64,000 bases of DNA, from assembly GCF_009914755.1 (NCBI RefSeq), contig NC_060948.1; one strand, 5' to 3'. Below, piece by piece: positions 15,001 to 30,600 of this stretch. The first letter of the stretch is position 1; each line of letters begins with the position of its first letter. The position numbers were made by a program, and so were the translations under genes. Under the pieces are notes generated by a model. It saw only the letters and a list, made by a program, of their open reading frames with translations. It ran no database searches and had not been told where the DNA came from. Source of the stretch: the human T2T-CHM13v2.0 reference genome, Homo sapiens.

Positions 15001-16768
15001 CTCTCCTGTCTGGCCTTCTTCCTCAAGGGCCATTTTGCCATAGAGCTTTGCCTAACACCCAAGTTTTGCTAATTTTCTGTTAGAGTCTTGCCTTTAAAGA
15101 GAATATTGGAATATTTCTGGCTCAGGATTTAGGTGATGTGGTTGTCCTGCCTGTTTAACCACAAGAGAGTGGATGGTGACTTATACTTAGGCACAGTAAC
15201 AGGCATGATAATGACTCTTATATGTGAACCAAGGCAATAGGAGAAATTTTGACTCTTATAACTATGTTAGGGACATGAGTGTTGTCCAGGATCACCTTCT
15301 GGTAAGAAGGTCACATATCATGACAACACCCAGACATATTATCACACCCTTGGTTTGTATAAAGAGTATCATAACAGGTCCTAGCACACAGAGAAAATTT
15401 TGAGTCTCATATACACACCCAGTTGCCAGTAAGGGCTTTCATCATAACAGATGGATGAAGGCAACTCTCCCACATGAAAACAGGACATGTGTGGTATTGT
15501 ATATCTTATTACTAGAATTTAATTCCATCATTACTGTGACATAAATTTTTCCCAACGACCTGTGTGATTTCACTCTTCAGACTGTTTCCAGGCTACATAT
15601 GGAATTTGGATATCTACCTGAGCCAAACTTGAAGTGATGTGACTCTTCTACCTGGGCCCTGCTCTCAGTAAGATTGTGATATTACTGAATCCACACTCAG
15701 ATGTGTCACATTCTTGTGACATATCTGTGTGCCCATCACTTAGAAGACAATACTCTCGTCTTTTGAATGGGCCCTGCACACAGGGCAGGACAATGACATA
15801 TTCTTAGGCCAGACACAGAGGTAATGATAGTTTTTTTCTAGGGCCATGAAAAAAAGAGGGCATTTTGACATATCACAGGGCCTGTTATGTAGGTGATACG
15901 GCTCCTGTGCTTGGGAACTGCCCCCTTGAATATTAATATATTGCTAGGCCAGGCAAAAAGGTGATGGTACTCTTGCTAGGGCCATGCTTTAAGAAAGCCT
16001 TGTGACATACCTCTGGGCATGTCACCTATGTAACTTCTTGCTTGGCCCGGCCCACATGGAGCATTGTCACATAAGGGTGGAACTTGCATCTACTTGATGT
16101 AACTCTCTTGCCTTTGTCCTTTACTAAGGGGGTCTTGTGAATATCTCAGGACCCAGGATGAGGTGATGTGGCTCTTCAGATTGTTTTCCACTCACATATT
16201 AAATAGTGGCATTTACCTAAAGAAGTACCTAGGTGATATGACTCTCTTTTTCTTCCTGATCCCAGCCTACAGGTGACATTGGGTCATATCTGTGAGCCCA
16301 TGATCTAAGTGATGTGACTTTCTTCTTCTGTATGGTCCTTTACAATGGGAAGATTTTGATATATTGATGAGCCTAGCACTTAAGTAATATGACTTGTCTT
16401 GTTGCTCAACAACACCCATGAACAGAAAACGTTTGCCATATTTCAGGGCCCAGCATGTGGATGATGTCACTCTTCTGCCTAGGTTATTAATAAGAAAAGA
16501 ATTATAGCATATTGTTTGGCCAAGAACCATAATGATGTGACTTTCCACCCTGTGCCAGAGCCATGGCAGGAATTTTGACATATCCTTGACCCTTTCCATA
16601 GGTGTTTTGGCTGTCAACACTTTGCTGGGTTTCTTCTACGCATTCTTGTATCATATTGTTGGCTCCAGTCTCCAGTTAATGTGACCCTTTTTACTAGGTC
16701 CTGCCTAAAGAGGGCATGGCGACATATTTTGTGGCACAGCACCTAAGTGACATTAACATTCTGCCTAG
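1..16768 (-). repeat. Diverged beta-satellite (BSR/Beta) array, reverse orientation, organised in ~4.7-kb macro-units
   Basis: Recurrent ~68-72 bp monomer 'ggcattgtgacatatctctgggcctatcacctaggtgatgtgactctc', the reverse complement of the beta-satellite core AGAGATATGTCACAATGCCCC...AGAGTTACATCACCTAGGT. A macro-unit landmark ('cttcagttcacaggcatgatgatcaaacttatattgggattcagccaatag') occurs at ~170, 1948, 6778 and 12103. Confidence 0.9.
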
Positions 16769-18749
16769 TTTTTTTTGTTTTTTAACTTTAAGTTCTGGTG
16801 TACATGTACATAACGTGCAGTTTTCTTACACTGTTATGTATGTACCATGGTGGTTTGCTGCACTAATCAACCCAGCCCATGCATTAGATATTTCTCCTAA
16901 TGTTATCCCTCGCCTAACCCCATGACAGGCCCCAGTGTATGATGTTTCCCTCCCGGTGTCCATGTGTTCTCATTGTTGAACTACCACCTATGAGTGAGTA
17001 CCTGCTGTGTTTGGTTTTCTGTTCTTGTAATAGTTTGCTGAGAAAGACAGTTTTCAGCTTCATCCATGTCCCGGCAAAGGACATGAATTCATCCCTTTGT
17101 ATGGCTGCATAGTATTTCATGGTGTCTGTGTGCCACATTTTTTTATACAGTCTATCAATGAACATTTGTGTTTGTTCCAAGCCTTTGCTATTGTGAATAG
17201 TGCCACAACTAACAAACATGTGCATGTGTCTTTATAGTAGCATGATTTATAATCTTTTGAGTATATAGTAATAGGTATATAGTAATAGGATTGCTTGGTC
17301 AAATGGTATTTCTAGTTCTAGATCCTTGAGGAATCACCACACAGTCTTCCACAATGGTTGAACTAATTTACACTCCCACCAACAGTGTAAAAGCCTTCCT
17401 ATTTCTTTACATGCTCTCCAGCATCTGTTTCCTGACTTTTTAATGATTGCCTTACCTGGCATGAGATGATATCTCGTTGTGACTTTGATTTGCATTTCTC
17501 TAGTTAACAGTGATAATGAGCACTTTTTATATGTTTGTTGGCTTCATAAATGTCTTCTTTGGCGAAGTGTCTGTTCACATCCTTTGCCCACTTTTTGATG
17601 AGTTTTCTTTTCTTTTTTCTTGTTAATGTGTTTAAGTTCTTTGTATATTCTGCATATAAGCCCTTGTCAGATGGATAGATTGCAAAAAGAAAAATTCTTC
17701 TAGTTTGGAGGTTGCCTGTTCATTCTGATGGTAGTTTATTTTGCTGCACAAAAACTCATTAGTCTAATTAGATCCCATTTTTCTGTTTGGCATTTGATGC
17801 CATTGCTTTGGTGTTAAAACATGAAGTCTTTGCCCATGCCTATGTCCTTAATGGTATTGCCTAGGCTTTCTTCTATGATTTTTTATGATTTTAGGTCTTA
17901 TGTTTAAGTCTTTAATCCATCCTGAGTTTTTTATTGTACAAGTTGTAAGCAAGGGGTCCAGTTTCATTTATCTGCATATGACTTGACAGTTTTCCCAATA
18001 CAATTTATTACACAGGAATTCTTTTCCCCATTGCTTGTTTGTGTCAGGTTTGTCAAAGATCAGATGGTTGTAGATGTATGGTGTTATTTCTGAGGCTTCT
18101 ATTCTGTTCCATTTTTCTATGTAACTGTTTTGGTACCAGTACCATGCAATTTTAGTTACCATAGCCTTGTGGTATAGTTTGAAGTCAGGTAGTGTGATGC
18201 CTCCTTCTTTGTTCTTTTTGCTTAAGATTGTATTGGCTATGTGGGCTCTTTTTTTGTTCCATATAAAGTTTAAAGTAGTTGTTTTTTTCCAGTTGCATGA
18301 AGAAAGTCATTGGTAGCTTATGGAGATAGCACTGGTTGTGTGAATTACTTTCAGCAGTATGGTCATTTTCACGATATTCAATATTCCTATCAATGAGCAT
18401 AGAATTTTTTTTTCATTTGTTTGTGTCCTCTCTTATTTCCTTGAGCAGTGGTTTCTAGTTCTCCTTAAAGAGGTTTTTCACACCCCTTGTATATTGTATT
18501 CCTAGGTATTTTGTTCTCTTTGTAGCAATTGTGAATGGGAATCCATTTATGATTTGACTCTCTCTTTGTCCATTTTTGGTATGCAGGAATGCCTGTAATT
18601 TTTACACATTTATTTATTATCCTGAGACTTTGCTAAATTTGCTTATCAGCATAAGGACATGTTGGGCTCAGATAATGAGGTTTTCTAGATATACGGTCAT
18701 GCCAACTGTAAATAGAAACAATTTAACTTCCTCTTTTCCTACTTGAATA
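16769..18749 (-). mobile_element. 5'-truncated L1PA (L1PA6-8-like), ~2 kb of ORF2 C-terminus plus 3'UTR
   Basis: Starts with poly-T and the L1 3' end 'ttaactttaagttctggtgtacatgtacataacgtgcag'. ORF fragments 'KKMWHTDTMKYYAAIQRDEFMSFAGTWMKL' and '[35 protein letters not shown]' are L1 ORF2. Many stops and frameshifts. Confidence 0.95.
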
Positions 18750-21309
18750 ACTAAGTTTAGGGATCCCAAATGTCTTGGATTTCCTTCTTCTACAAAGGTT
18801 ACAAACAATTACAAAAAGCACACATATTTTACAAAGTCTTTAGTTATACAGACAGAGTCAAACAGGGCTTGGTACACAGTAGAAATTGTGAATCTCATAT
18901 GCACAACCAGCTGACAGTAAGAATTGTCATCATCTCATGTGGATAAAACCAAAACCAACTGTCATACATTAAATCAGGACATGTGGCATTGAAAATCTCA
19001 CCCTTGGAATTTTCTAACAATGTGATTGTGATACAAATATTTGCCAAACACCTGTTTAATTTGACTCTCCAGGTTTGCTCCAGTGTATATATGGGATTAT
19101 CATATATACATAGGCCAACCTAGAGGTGATGTGACTCTCCTGTCTGGGCACTTATTTCAGAAAGGATGTGATATATCACTGGATCTAGAACCTAGGTGAT
19201 GTTACATTCTTGCCTGTGCCAGCCACATCAAAATTATTGTAACATATTTCTGTGTCTACCTCATAAGCTACGTAACTCTCTTCTCTGGAATGAGCCCTAC
19301 GCAAAGGAATGATAGCAACAGATTGCAATACCAGGTGCACAGGGGAGGGTATTCTTTTGCCAGAGCCATGCACACAAAAGGGCATTGTGACATATCTCTG
19401 GGTGTATCAGGTAGGTGATGTGGCTATCCTGTTTGGGTCCTGCTAACCCTGACTATGATATCTTTTTGGCCAGGCACACAGGTTGTGGTACTCTTTCATC
19501 AGGGCTATGCTTCATAGAGGTCATTGCGACATATCTCTGGGCCTATCCCCTAGGTGAAGTGACTCCCTCCTTGGGTGCTACACATATGGAGGCCACATGG
19601 AGCACTGTGGCATAAAAAGAGAACCTGCACCTAGGTGATGTAACTATCTTTGCTGGGTGCCATCCTAAGAGAGCCTTGTGAAATATCTCCAAACCCAGCA
19701 CTCTGGAGATGTGGCTCTTCTGTCTAATTTCTTCACACATTTTACATTGCAACATATTTCTAAGGAAGCACATAGGTGATATGACTCCCCATGTCTGCTT
19801 GAGCCCTGCCTACTGAGGACATTGGGACATATCTCCGAGCCCATGACCTAAGTGATGTGACCCTCTTTTTCTGCCTGTGCCTTCACAGTAGGAGGATTTT
19901 GGCACATTACTGATCCCAGCACCCAGAATATGTGACTCTCCTCCTTTTCCCAAGCCCTTCCCACAAAACAGGAATTTTGACCTACAGCAGGGCCCAGCAG
20001 TCAGATGATGTTACTCTCCTGCCTTGCTTCTGCATATAGAAGAACTTATGGCGTATGGCATATTGCTTAGCCCAGGACCATTATTATGTGACTCTCCTCC
20101 TGTGCTGTAGCCACTAAAGGTATTTTGACATATGTTGTGCTCTTTATTTAGGTATTTTGGCACTCATAACTTGGCTGGGCTTTTTCCACATGTGAGATGG
20201 TGTCATATTGCTGGGTCCAGCACCCAGTTAATATGACCAAATTTCCTACACCCTGCCTAGAGAATGCATTCTGACATATTGCCTGGCACATCATCTAAGT
20301 GATGTTACCCTCCTGCCTAGTTTTTGCCCACATATGGGATTATGACATTTACCTTGTTTCAGTTCACAGATATGATGTTCAAACTTATACTGGGATCAGC
20401 CAGTAGAAGACATTTTGCCTTTCGTTTTTAGTCTTGGGAGAATAGATAATGTCCTCGGTTTCATATATGCAACAACTTCACAGAAGCTTACAACACTAAC
20501 TTACATCATATACCCGTTGGTGGTATAAAATTTCATAACAAGACCCAGCTAAAAGTTCAGATTAGGACTCTAGGTTATAAAGCCAGGTGAAATTAAAAGT
20601 TGTCACCATCCCACATTCACAATACCCACTCTTGAGAACAGGATTCTAATAAGAGAATACAGCACAAATTTGGAATTGTGACATTTATATGTGGCTCTGG
20701 CCACAAGTGGGATGGTCACTGATTTTTAGACCCAATCCACAGAAATAATAATGGGTCTTCTTCCCAAACCCTGCCTATAGGAGAGATGTTGACTATCAAA
20801 CGTGGTTTAGGTTAATATGTAAGATTTTGAGTTCATACCAGCACGTAGGCCTCAGAGAGCTTTGTAACCCTTATGCAGGTTTTTTAAATCCCTTGCATGT
20901 TGCAGAGGGTAATATATTGTCCCACAAAGCATGAGAGATTGTCATTCTAGCATACACACTCAGCTAAAAGTTAAGGTTGTTACCCTCAAAGATGATGACA
21001 TTGTGTCATATCACTGGGCCTAGAACCCAGGTGTTGAGACTTTTTAGCACAAATCCCTTTTCATGGGTGCATTGTTATGTATTGCTGGGTCAGAATTACA
21101 ATAATATGATTATTCTACCTGAGCCCTGTCAACAGCGTATATTATCACATATCTCTTGGCCTATCTGCCTCCAGAAAAAAAAGAATTGAAATTTCACAGA
21201 AATTAGTGTCTAAATGGTGCAACTCTACTCTCCTGCCTGGGTCCTGCTTACCAAAGGAATTGTGACAAACAGTTGAATGAAAAACCTACATAGTATGTCT
21301 CTCCTCTTT
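18750..21309 (-). repeat. Beta-satellite array segment
   Basis: Same monomers as 1-16768; macro-unit landmark at ~20358. Confidence 0.9.
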
Positions 21310-21640
21310 ATTCAAAATTTTATTTCTGTGCTGCATTCTGCTTCATTACTTTCATATTTTACCTTTATACTGGTACCAAAATGCTTTGATTACTTTAGGT
21401 TTGTTTTGTGTTTGGAAATGCTTAAGTGTAATGCTTCCACTATTTTTCTTCTTTTTAAAGATTGCCAGGATTTTCATGTAGTTTTGTGGGGTTTTTTTTT
21501 AATTTCTATTCTTGGGAAAATTTAATTTAAAATTTAAAATTAGCCTGTTGAATGTGTGGATCACTTTAAGTCACATGGACATATTTACAATATTATGTCT
21601 TCCAACCCTTGATAAAGAGCATGCTCAAAAGTGTGTTATT

Positions 21641-21932
21641 GGCCAGGCATGGTGTCTCATAATTGTGATCCCAGCACTTTGGAAGGCTGAAGAGGGTGCA
21701 TGGCCAGATCAGGAGATGGAGACCATTTTGGCCAACATGATGCAATCCCTCATCTACTGAAATTCACGAAATTAGCTGGGCATGGAGGTGTGCACCTGTA
21801 GTTCCAGCTACTGGAGAGACTGAGGCAAGGGAATTGCTTGAACCTGGAAGTGGAGGTTGCAGTTAGCCGAGATCATGCCACTGCACTTCATCCTAATGAC
21901 AGAGTGATACTGTATCTAAAAAGAAAAAAAAA
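21641..21932 (+). mobile_element. Alu (AluSc-like), heavily diverged
   Basis: 'ggccaggcatggtgtctcat...cccagcactttgg...gaggttgcagttagccgagatcatgccactgcact' plus an A-rich tail. Confidence 0.93.
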
Positions 21933-22647
21933 ACTGGGTTGCTATTTTTTATAATTTTTTTGAATTTTTCAGCTTTTCTTCCATTACTGATTTCTAGTTT
22001 CATTCCATTTGGGCTATAAAAAATTTTCAGTAAAATTTAAATTAAAAAAAATTGTTAAGGTTTCTTTTGTCAGTCACAGGTAATCCACATAGAAAAATAT
22101 TTTATAAACTATTTAAAAATGTGTATTCTGTTGCATATATGCATTTGTTAGGTATATATATTGTATAGTGCATTCAAACTTTTTGTTCCCTTATTGATAT
22201 TCTGTCTTACTTTATTACTGTAAGTGGCATATAAATGTATTCTTCCATTATTATATTGCTCTCTATTTTTGCTTCAATTCTGTCAATGTTTGAATTATGT
22301 GTTTGGGAATATTCTCATATATTTATAGAATCTCAGTGAATGAACCCTCTTAATATAATTGAATGTCCTACTGTGTCTCTTGTGAATTTTGACTTGAAGC
22401 AAATTTTGTAAAATATGTCAGTTTTCAACTTAATAAATTGTTGCCTTTTCTCCTCTTATTTGGTTAACACTTGCATGACATGTATTTTTTATCCTGCCAT
22501 TTTTAGTCTTTTTTTTATTAGGTCTGCAGTAAGTCTCTTGAAGACATGACATGGTTAGATCTTGATATAGATCATGATATAGCTCGTTTTTTTCTTTTTC
22601 ATTTTAAAGGATACTTTTGCTGGATATAGTATTCTCATTTAGACTTT

Positions 22648-23246
22648 CTAAAAAGTAAAAATTTCTCATCAAAGTTTTCCTTCTTTTAAATAATAAATAA
22701 TAAATCTTAGAAATAATATTTACTTTTGAAGATTAACTTTCTTCAAAGCCTTCTTATTTTCTGCTAATAACTCTTTATTAAGCTCTATTCTATGTAGCTG
22801 TTACATATAAGGGAATGAGTACATTCTATGTCCTTGAACTTTGACCAAGATGTTTGTTCTGTACATGTTGGAGTATGTCCCAGCTTGCAGATTATGCCCA
22901 TTTCTCATTTGGGAATGTTATTACTTCTCTAAATTTTTTGCAAGCAACTTTCTCTTTTTCTTTGTTCTCCATTGTCTTTACCTATTTAGGGAACTTTTAG
23001 GTTGTTACCCAATCAGGTTTAGCTTAGACTGTGATGTCCAGCTCCAACTAGTGGAGATAGGACACAGAAGTAAGGACCCAAGGCATACAAGATAAATATT
23101 TCTGACTTTCTTTTTCATTGTGCTCTCATGACAGGATTGCTGATGAGCAGAACCCTGTCTGCAGAAAGTAAAACTGACTTGCTGAGAAAATTATTTGTCT
23201 GAGCACTAGTTCTACTTTTTGGTACCAAGAAAGAGGGATTTCTAAA
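22648..23246 (+). mobile_element. Solo ERV1 LTR, LTR10-family-like
   Basis: ~600-bp insert absent from the paralogous site near 39750. 5' 'taaaaagtaaaaatttctcatcaaag', CCAAT-like 'cccaatcagg', and 3' 'ctgcagaaagtaaaactgacttgctgagaaaatt...atttctaaa' resemble LTR10 consensus as I recall it. Subfamily not determined. Confidence 0.6.
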
Positions 23247-23478
23247 GTATTTTTTTTCAATGTTTTAAGTATGTTATCCTGCTTCTTTCTTCCTGAAAGA
23301 TTTATGTTCATAAACTTACTGGTAATCTTATAGAAGCACGTGTACAAATAACATATCTTTTTTTTCTTCCTGCATTCCAGATTCTCTTCTTCTGTGTGAC
23401 TTTCAAAACATTGCTTATATGGGGTCTTGTTAGTAATTTTTTTGTGTTAATGTTAATTGAAACCTAAGCTGCTTCATT

Positions 23479-25409
<1,931 letters not shown>

Positions 25410-25836
25410 TTATTTTTTGTGCTTTTTATCCTTTTGTTAATTTCATTTTGTTTTCTTTATTTCCATTTTTCTCATTAAGCATCATTCAGATGGTAATTTT
25501 AATTTCTTAGGGCAATTCATTTTTACCTGAAATGTGCTCAGGTAATTTTTACCTCTCAATTTGTTATTGCTGATTTCTGAATATTTATTTCGATCTTTCA
25601 ATGAACCATATCATCTTAACGTAATGTATATGTTGTAATCTGAGGTTGCAATTTGTATGATAAAATACCACATGTGAAAATGCTTATTAGGTGGCATTTT
25701 TTCTGGGGGAATATGATACCAAATTTTAGGCTAGAGATTCTTGAAGTCTCCACACCTGGTACATTGATGTTTTCTCTAGGCTTGTGTGGTTTTTTTTTTT
25801 TGTTAAAAAATATTCCCAATTTTTAAATTTTCTCTC

Positions 25837-26125
25837 TTTTTTGAGTTAAAATTTTACTCTTGTTACCCAGCCTGTGGTGCAATGGCATGATCTTGGCTCA
25901 CTGTAACCTCCACCTCCTGGGTTCAAATGATTATCCTGCCTCAGCCACCCATGTAGGTGGGATTACAGGCACTTGTTACCACAACCAGGTAATTTTTGTA
26001 TTTTTAGTAGACAAGGGCTTTCACCATGTTGACCTGGCTGGTTTTGAACTTTCGACCTCAGGTGATATGCCCACCTCAAACTCCCAATGGGCTGGGATTA
26101 TGGGTGTGAGCCACCACTCCTGGCC
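25837..26125 (-). mobile_element. Alu (AluSq/Sp-like); paralogue of Alu 38616-38955
   Basis: 'ttttactcttgttacccagcctgtggtgcaatggcatgatcttggctcactg...gctgggattatgggtgtgagccaccactcctggcc'. Confidence 0.93.
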
Positions 26126-27596
26126 TTTCTCTGTTTCATATTGAGATCCTGTAGTCAATTACTATATCCATTGTCTGTCTATGATACTGAAGTCTTTCTT
26201 GTAACAGTCATTTACCTTTGATCTCACTTGCCCCAAACTGTCAAAGAATACCACCTTTCCCTTAACACTGTCATAGAATATAGAAATTAGTCTTTAGTAA
26301 GTTGTCACATCACACATTTACAAAGCCCACTGTTGATGTACTGAATCTAACAAAAGAAAACAGTACAAAGGTGGAATTTCGACTCTCATGTGTGGATCTG
26401 GTCACAGGTCTGATTGTGACTCATGTATGGAGCCAGCACTCAGGCATAAAAATGGGTCTTATTCCTTAACTCAGCCTAAATATGAGACTTTGACTATCAT
26501 ACATGGTTTTAAGGCAATATCTAACATTGTGAGTCCATATGAGCTTGTGGGCCTCAGAGTAGTTTGCAACACTCATGCTTGTCATAAAAATTTCTCGGAT
26601 GTTGAAAGGGTGTCATACAATGCCCCAGAACACATGTGACATTATGACTCTCATATGCATGCCAAGCTAACAGTTAAAGGTGTCACCCTCAAAGATGAGG
26701 AGATTGTGGCATATCACTTGGCCTAGTACCCAGGTGTTAAACTTTTACTTAAATCATTCCCCATGTGTGCATTGTGACATATTGTTGGGTCAGAATCATA
26801 ATAATGTGACTCATGCCTTGGCCCTGCCAACAAAGGATATTACCACATATCTATGAGCCTATCAGCTAGGTCATTTGTCTATTTTGCCTGTGATTTGCCC
26901 AAAAGTAGCATTGTGATGTTGGTGGGCATAGCGTCTAGGAAATGTGACTCTCCTCTCCTGCCTAGGTCCTGCCCGTAAACTAATTGTGACATACTGGTGA
27001 GTGCAAAACCTAGTTAATGCAACTCTCCCTTTTATTATGGATTCCTCCAAAAAAGGGGATTACTACATATTGCTGAGCCCAGCACCAAGGTGGTGTGACT
27101 CTCCCCTTTTTCTTCAAACTATGTCTACAGGGAACATGGTGCCATATTATTTGAGGCTGTACCCAGGTGATGTGACGCTTCTAACTTGGTCCTGGCTGCA
27201 AAGAAGATAATAATGTATCCTGAGCTCAGAACCCAGGGGGTGAGACCCTCCTGCCTTGTTTCTGCCCACAGGTGAAATTGTGACATATAGCTGGGTTCAA
27301 CTCACATGCACTAATATAACAATCATACTTCGGCCCAGAGAGATATTTTGGCTCTCATAGTCAGTCTTATGGCAATAAGTAAAGTAATGGGTCATTTAAT
27401 TGTATGAATTTCATAGAGGATTATGACACTCAGGTATACCATATAAAGCCAGAGTGATACAAACAGTGTTATAACAGGGAACAACAATCAGGTGCAGTTG
27501 TGACTCTTGGATGCACACCCAGCTGACCCCATTTTTATTCTCTCAAAAGAACAGGTACAATTAGGGTACTAAATCTCACACAGAGGTGCACTCAAA

Positions 27597-27640
27597 GGCC
27601 AGACATGGTGACTAATGCCTATTATTCCAGCACTTTGTGA
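27597..27640 (+). mobile_element. Alu 5' stub (~44 bp) at a deletion junction
   Basis: 'ggccagacatggtgactaatgcctattattccagcactttg' matches the first ~40 nt of Alu, then satellite resumes. Confidence 0.75.
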
Positions 27641-30600
27641 TATAAACCTAAGGCAAGCACCTGTGTGATTTCACTCTTCAGACTGGATCTAGCCTACAAA
27701 TGGGATTTTGATATCTACCTGGGTCAACATTGAAATGATGTGACTTTTCTGCCTGTATCTTGCTTAGTAAGAATAGTGACATCACTAGATCCAGCACTTA
27801 GGTGAGGTTACATTCTTGCCTGCACCATGCCCACAGACATCCTTGTGACATATCACTGTGTCCATCAATTAGAAGACATAACTCTCCTCTCTGGAATGGG
27901 TCCTGCACACAGGGCAGAACGGAGACATATTTCTAGGCCAGGCACACAATATTCTTTTGCAAGTGCCATGCTCAAAAAAGGGCATTTTGACATATCATGG
28001 AACCTATCATGTAGGTGATATGGCTCTTCCTCTTGGGACCTGCCCTCTTGAATAGTGACATATTGCTAGGCCAGGCACAAAGGTGATGGCACCCTTATCA
28101 GGGTCATGCTTTAAGGAGGGCTTTGCAACATATCTCTGGCCTAGTTGATGTGACTTCCTGCTTGGTTCTGCCACATAGATCATTGTGACATAAGGGTGAA
28201 ACCTGCATCTAGGTGATGTAACTCTCGTCTGGGTCCTTCTCTAAGGGTGACTTAAGAATATCTCAGGACACAGGACGAAATGATTTGGCTTTTCTATCTG
28301 GTTGTTCCAACATATTAAATTGTGACATATTCCTAAAGAAGCATCTAGGTTATATGACTGTCTTTTTCTGCCTGAGCCATGCCTACTGGTTGCATTAGGC
28401 CATATCTCTGAGACCACAACTTAAGTGATATGATTATTCTTTCTGGGCCTTTACAATGGGAATATTGTGACACATTGATGAGCCTAGCACTTAGGTAATA
28501 TGACTCACATCGTCTTGCTGAACAAGGCCCACAAACAGAACTTTTGACATATTTCAGGGCCCAGCACCTGGATGATGTTACTCTTCTGCCTAGGACATGT
28601 ATAAAGAGAAAATTATGGCATATTACTTGGCCTACCTGCTAATGATGTGACTCTCCTTTCTGTACCAGAGCCACAGAAGGTATTTTGACATATCTTTGTC
28701 CCATTCTGTAAGTGCTTTGGCTCTCATCACATTGCTGGTATTCTTCCACATGTGGTTGTATCAAATTTCTGGCTCAAGCTGTCAGTTAATTTGAGCCTAA
28801 TTTTTAGGCTCTGCCTAGAGAAGACATTGTGGTATATTGCTTGGCAGAGCATCTAAGTGATGTTAACCCTGTGCCTAATTTTTTGCCCACAAATTGGATT
28901 GTGACATACACCTTGCTTCAGTTCAAAACATAATGATCAAGCTTATATTGGGAATCAGCCAATAGAAGATATTTTGCCTCTCACCACTAGGATTATGTCA
29001 ATAGGTGAGGTTCTTCACTGCAAATGTGTACAAAGTTCACAGAAGTTTACAACAGTTATTCACATAATACAAACTTCTTGGGTGGGACAGAGATATTTAT
29101 AACAGGATGCAGCCAAAAGTTAAGATTGTGACCCCAACAAGCCCCCTGTTGAGATCCTGAGTCTAACAACTGAATAAAGCACAAAGTTGGAATTGTGCCT
29201 TTCAGAAGTGAATCTGGCCACAGGTGGGATGGTGACCCATTCTGGACCAAGCTCACGGCATAATGATGGTCTCATCCCTGAAGTCAGCCTATAGGAGAGA
29301 TGTTGACTGTCATACCTGGGTTTAGGGCAATATGTGAGATCATGAGTCCATATAAGCATGAAGAACTCAGAGTTTTGAAACTCTCATGCATGTTGTATAA
29401 AATTCTCAGATGTAGTAGAGAGTGTCACACAATGGGCAGCACACACGTGAGATTGTGACGCTTATATTCACAACTAACAATGATGTCACTCTTAAAGATG
29501 AAGCTATTGTGTCATATCTCTTGATCTAGTACCCCAGCGTTCAGTCTTTTTTGTTTAAATTCCTTTCTATAAGGGCATTATGGGTCAAAATCATGATAAT
29601 ATGTGTCTTCTGCCTGGGCCCTGGAAACAGGGGCTATTTTCACATATCTTCATTGTAACGCACGATTGAGTGCAAAACTTAGGTGACATGCTTCTCTTCT
29701 TTGTCCTGAACTCTGCCGAGAAAGAATTATTAAATATTGCTAAGTGCAGCAACCAGGTGATGTAATTCTCTTTTTTTTTTTCCTTTAACCCATCTACGTT
29801 GGGCATGGTGATCTATTACTTTAGGCTGTCCCTGCCTACTGGGGACATTGGGATACATCTCTGAGCCCATGGCATACATGAAATGGCTCTTTTCTTCTGC
29901 CTGGTCTTTGCACTGGGGGAATTGTGACATATATCTGAGCCTAGCACTCAGGTTATTTGACTCTCATTTTTTTCTCAAACCATGCCCACAAACAGAAATT
30001 TTGACTTATTGCAGAGCCCAGCACTGAGATAATGATACTCTTTTGCCTGGTTCCAGCATATAGAGAGAATTATGGCATACTGCTGGGCTCAGCACCTGGA
30101 TAATGTGACCGTCATGCCTGTGCCAGAGCCACAGAAGGTATTTTGCCATATTCTATGCCCATTATGTAGGTGTTTTGACTCTCATCCCTTGGCTGTTTTG
30201 TTTGTTTGTTTGCTTGTTTTGTTTGTTTGTTTTTCACATGTTGGATGGTTCATGTTGCTGAATCTAACACCCATTTAATGTGACTCTAATTCCTATAATC
30301 TGCCTAGAGTGGGTATTCTGACATGATGCTTAACACAACTCCTAAGTGATGTTACCCTTCTACCTATTTTTTTGCCCACAGATGGAAATATGACATATAC
30401 CTTAATTAGTTCACAGGCATAATTGTCAAACCTGTACTGAAATTCAGCAAATAGAAGATATGTTGCCTTTCATCACTAGGCTTAGTGGAATAGATAATGT
30501 CCTGAGTTGCATATTTGTACCATGCTTACAAAACTTTACAATACTAACTCATAATATATAAACTCCTTGGGTTGTACAGAGGCTTTCATGACAGGCAGCA

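Larger units (their letters stand above)
21318..23478 (-). mobile_element. Old L1M-type fragments, interrupted by an Alu and an LTR
   Basis: AT-rich antisense L1 motifs: 'tactggtaccaaaatgctttgattactttaggtttg', 'gatttctagtttcattccatttg', 'ttgctggatatagtattctc'. Confidence 0.7.
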
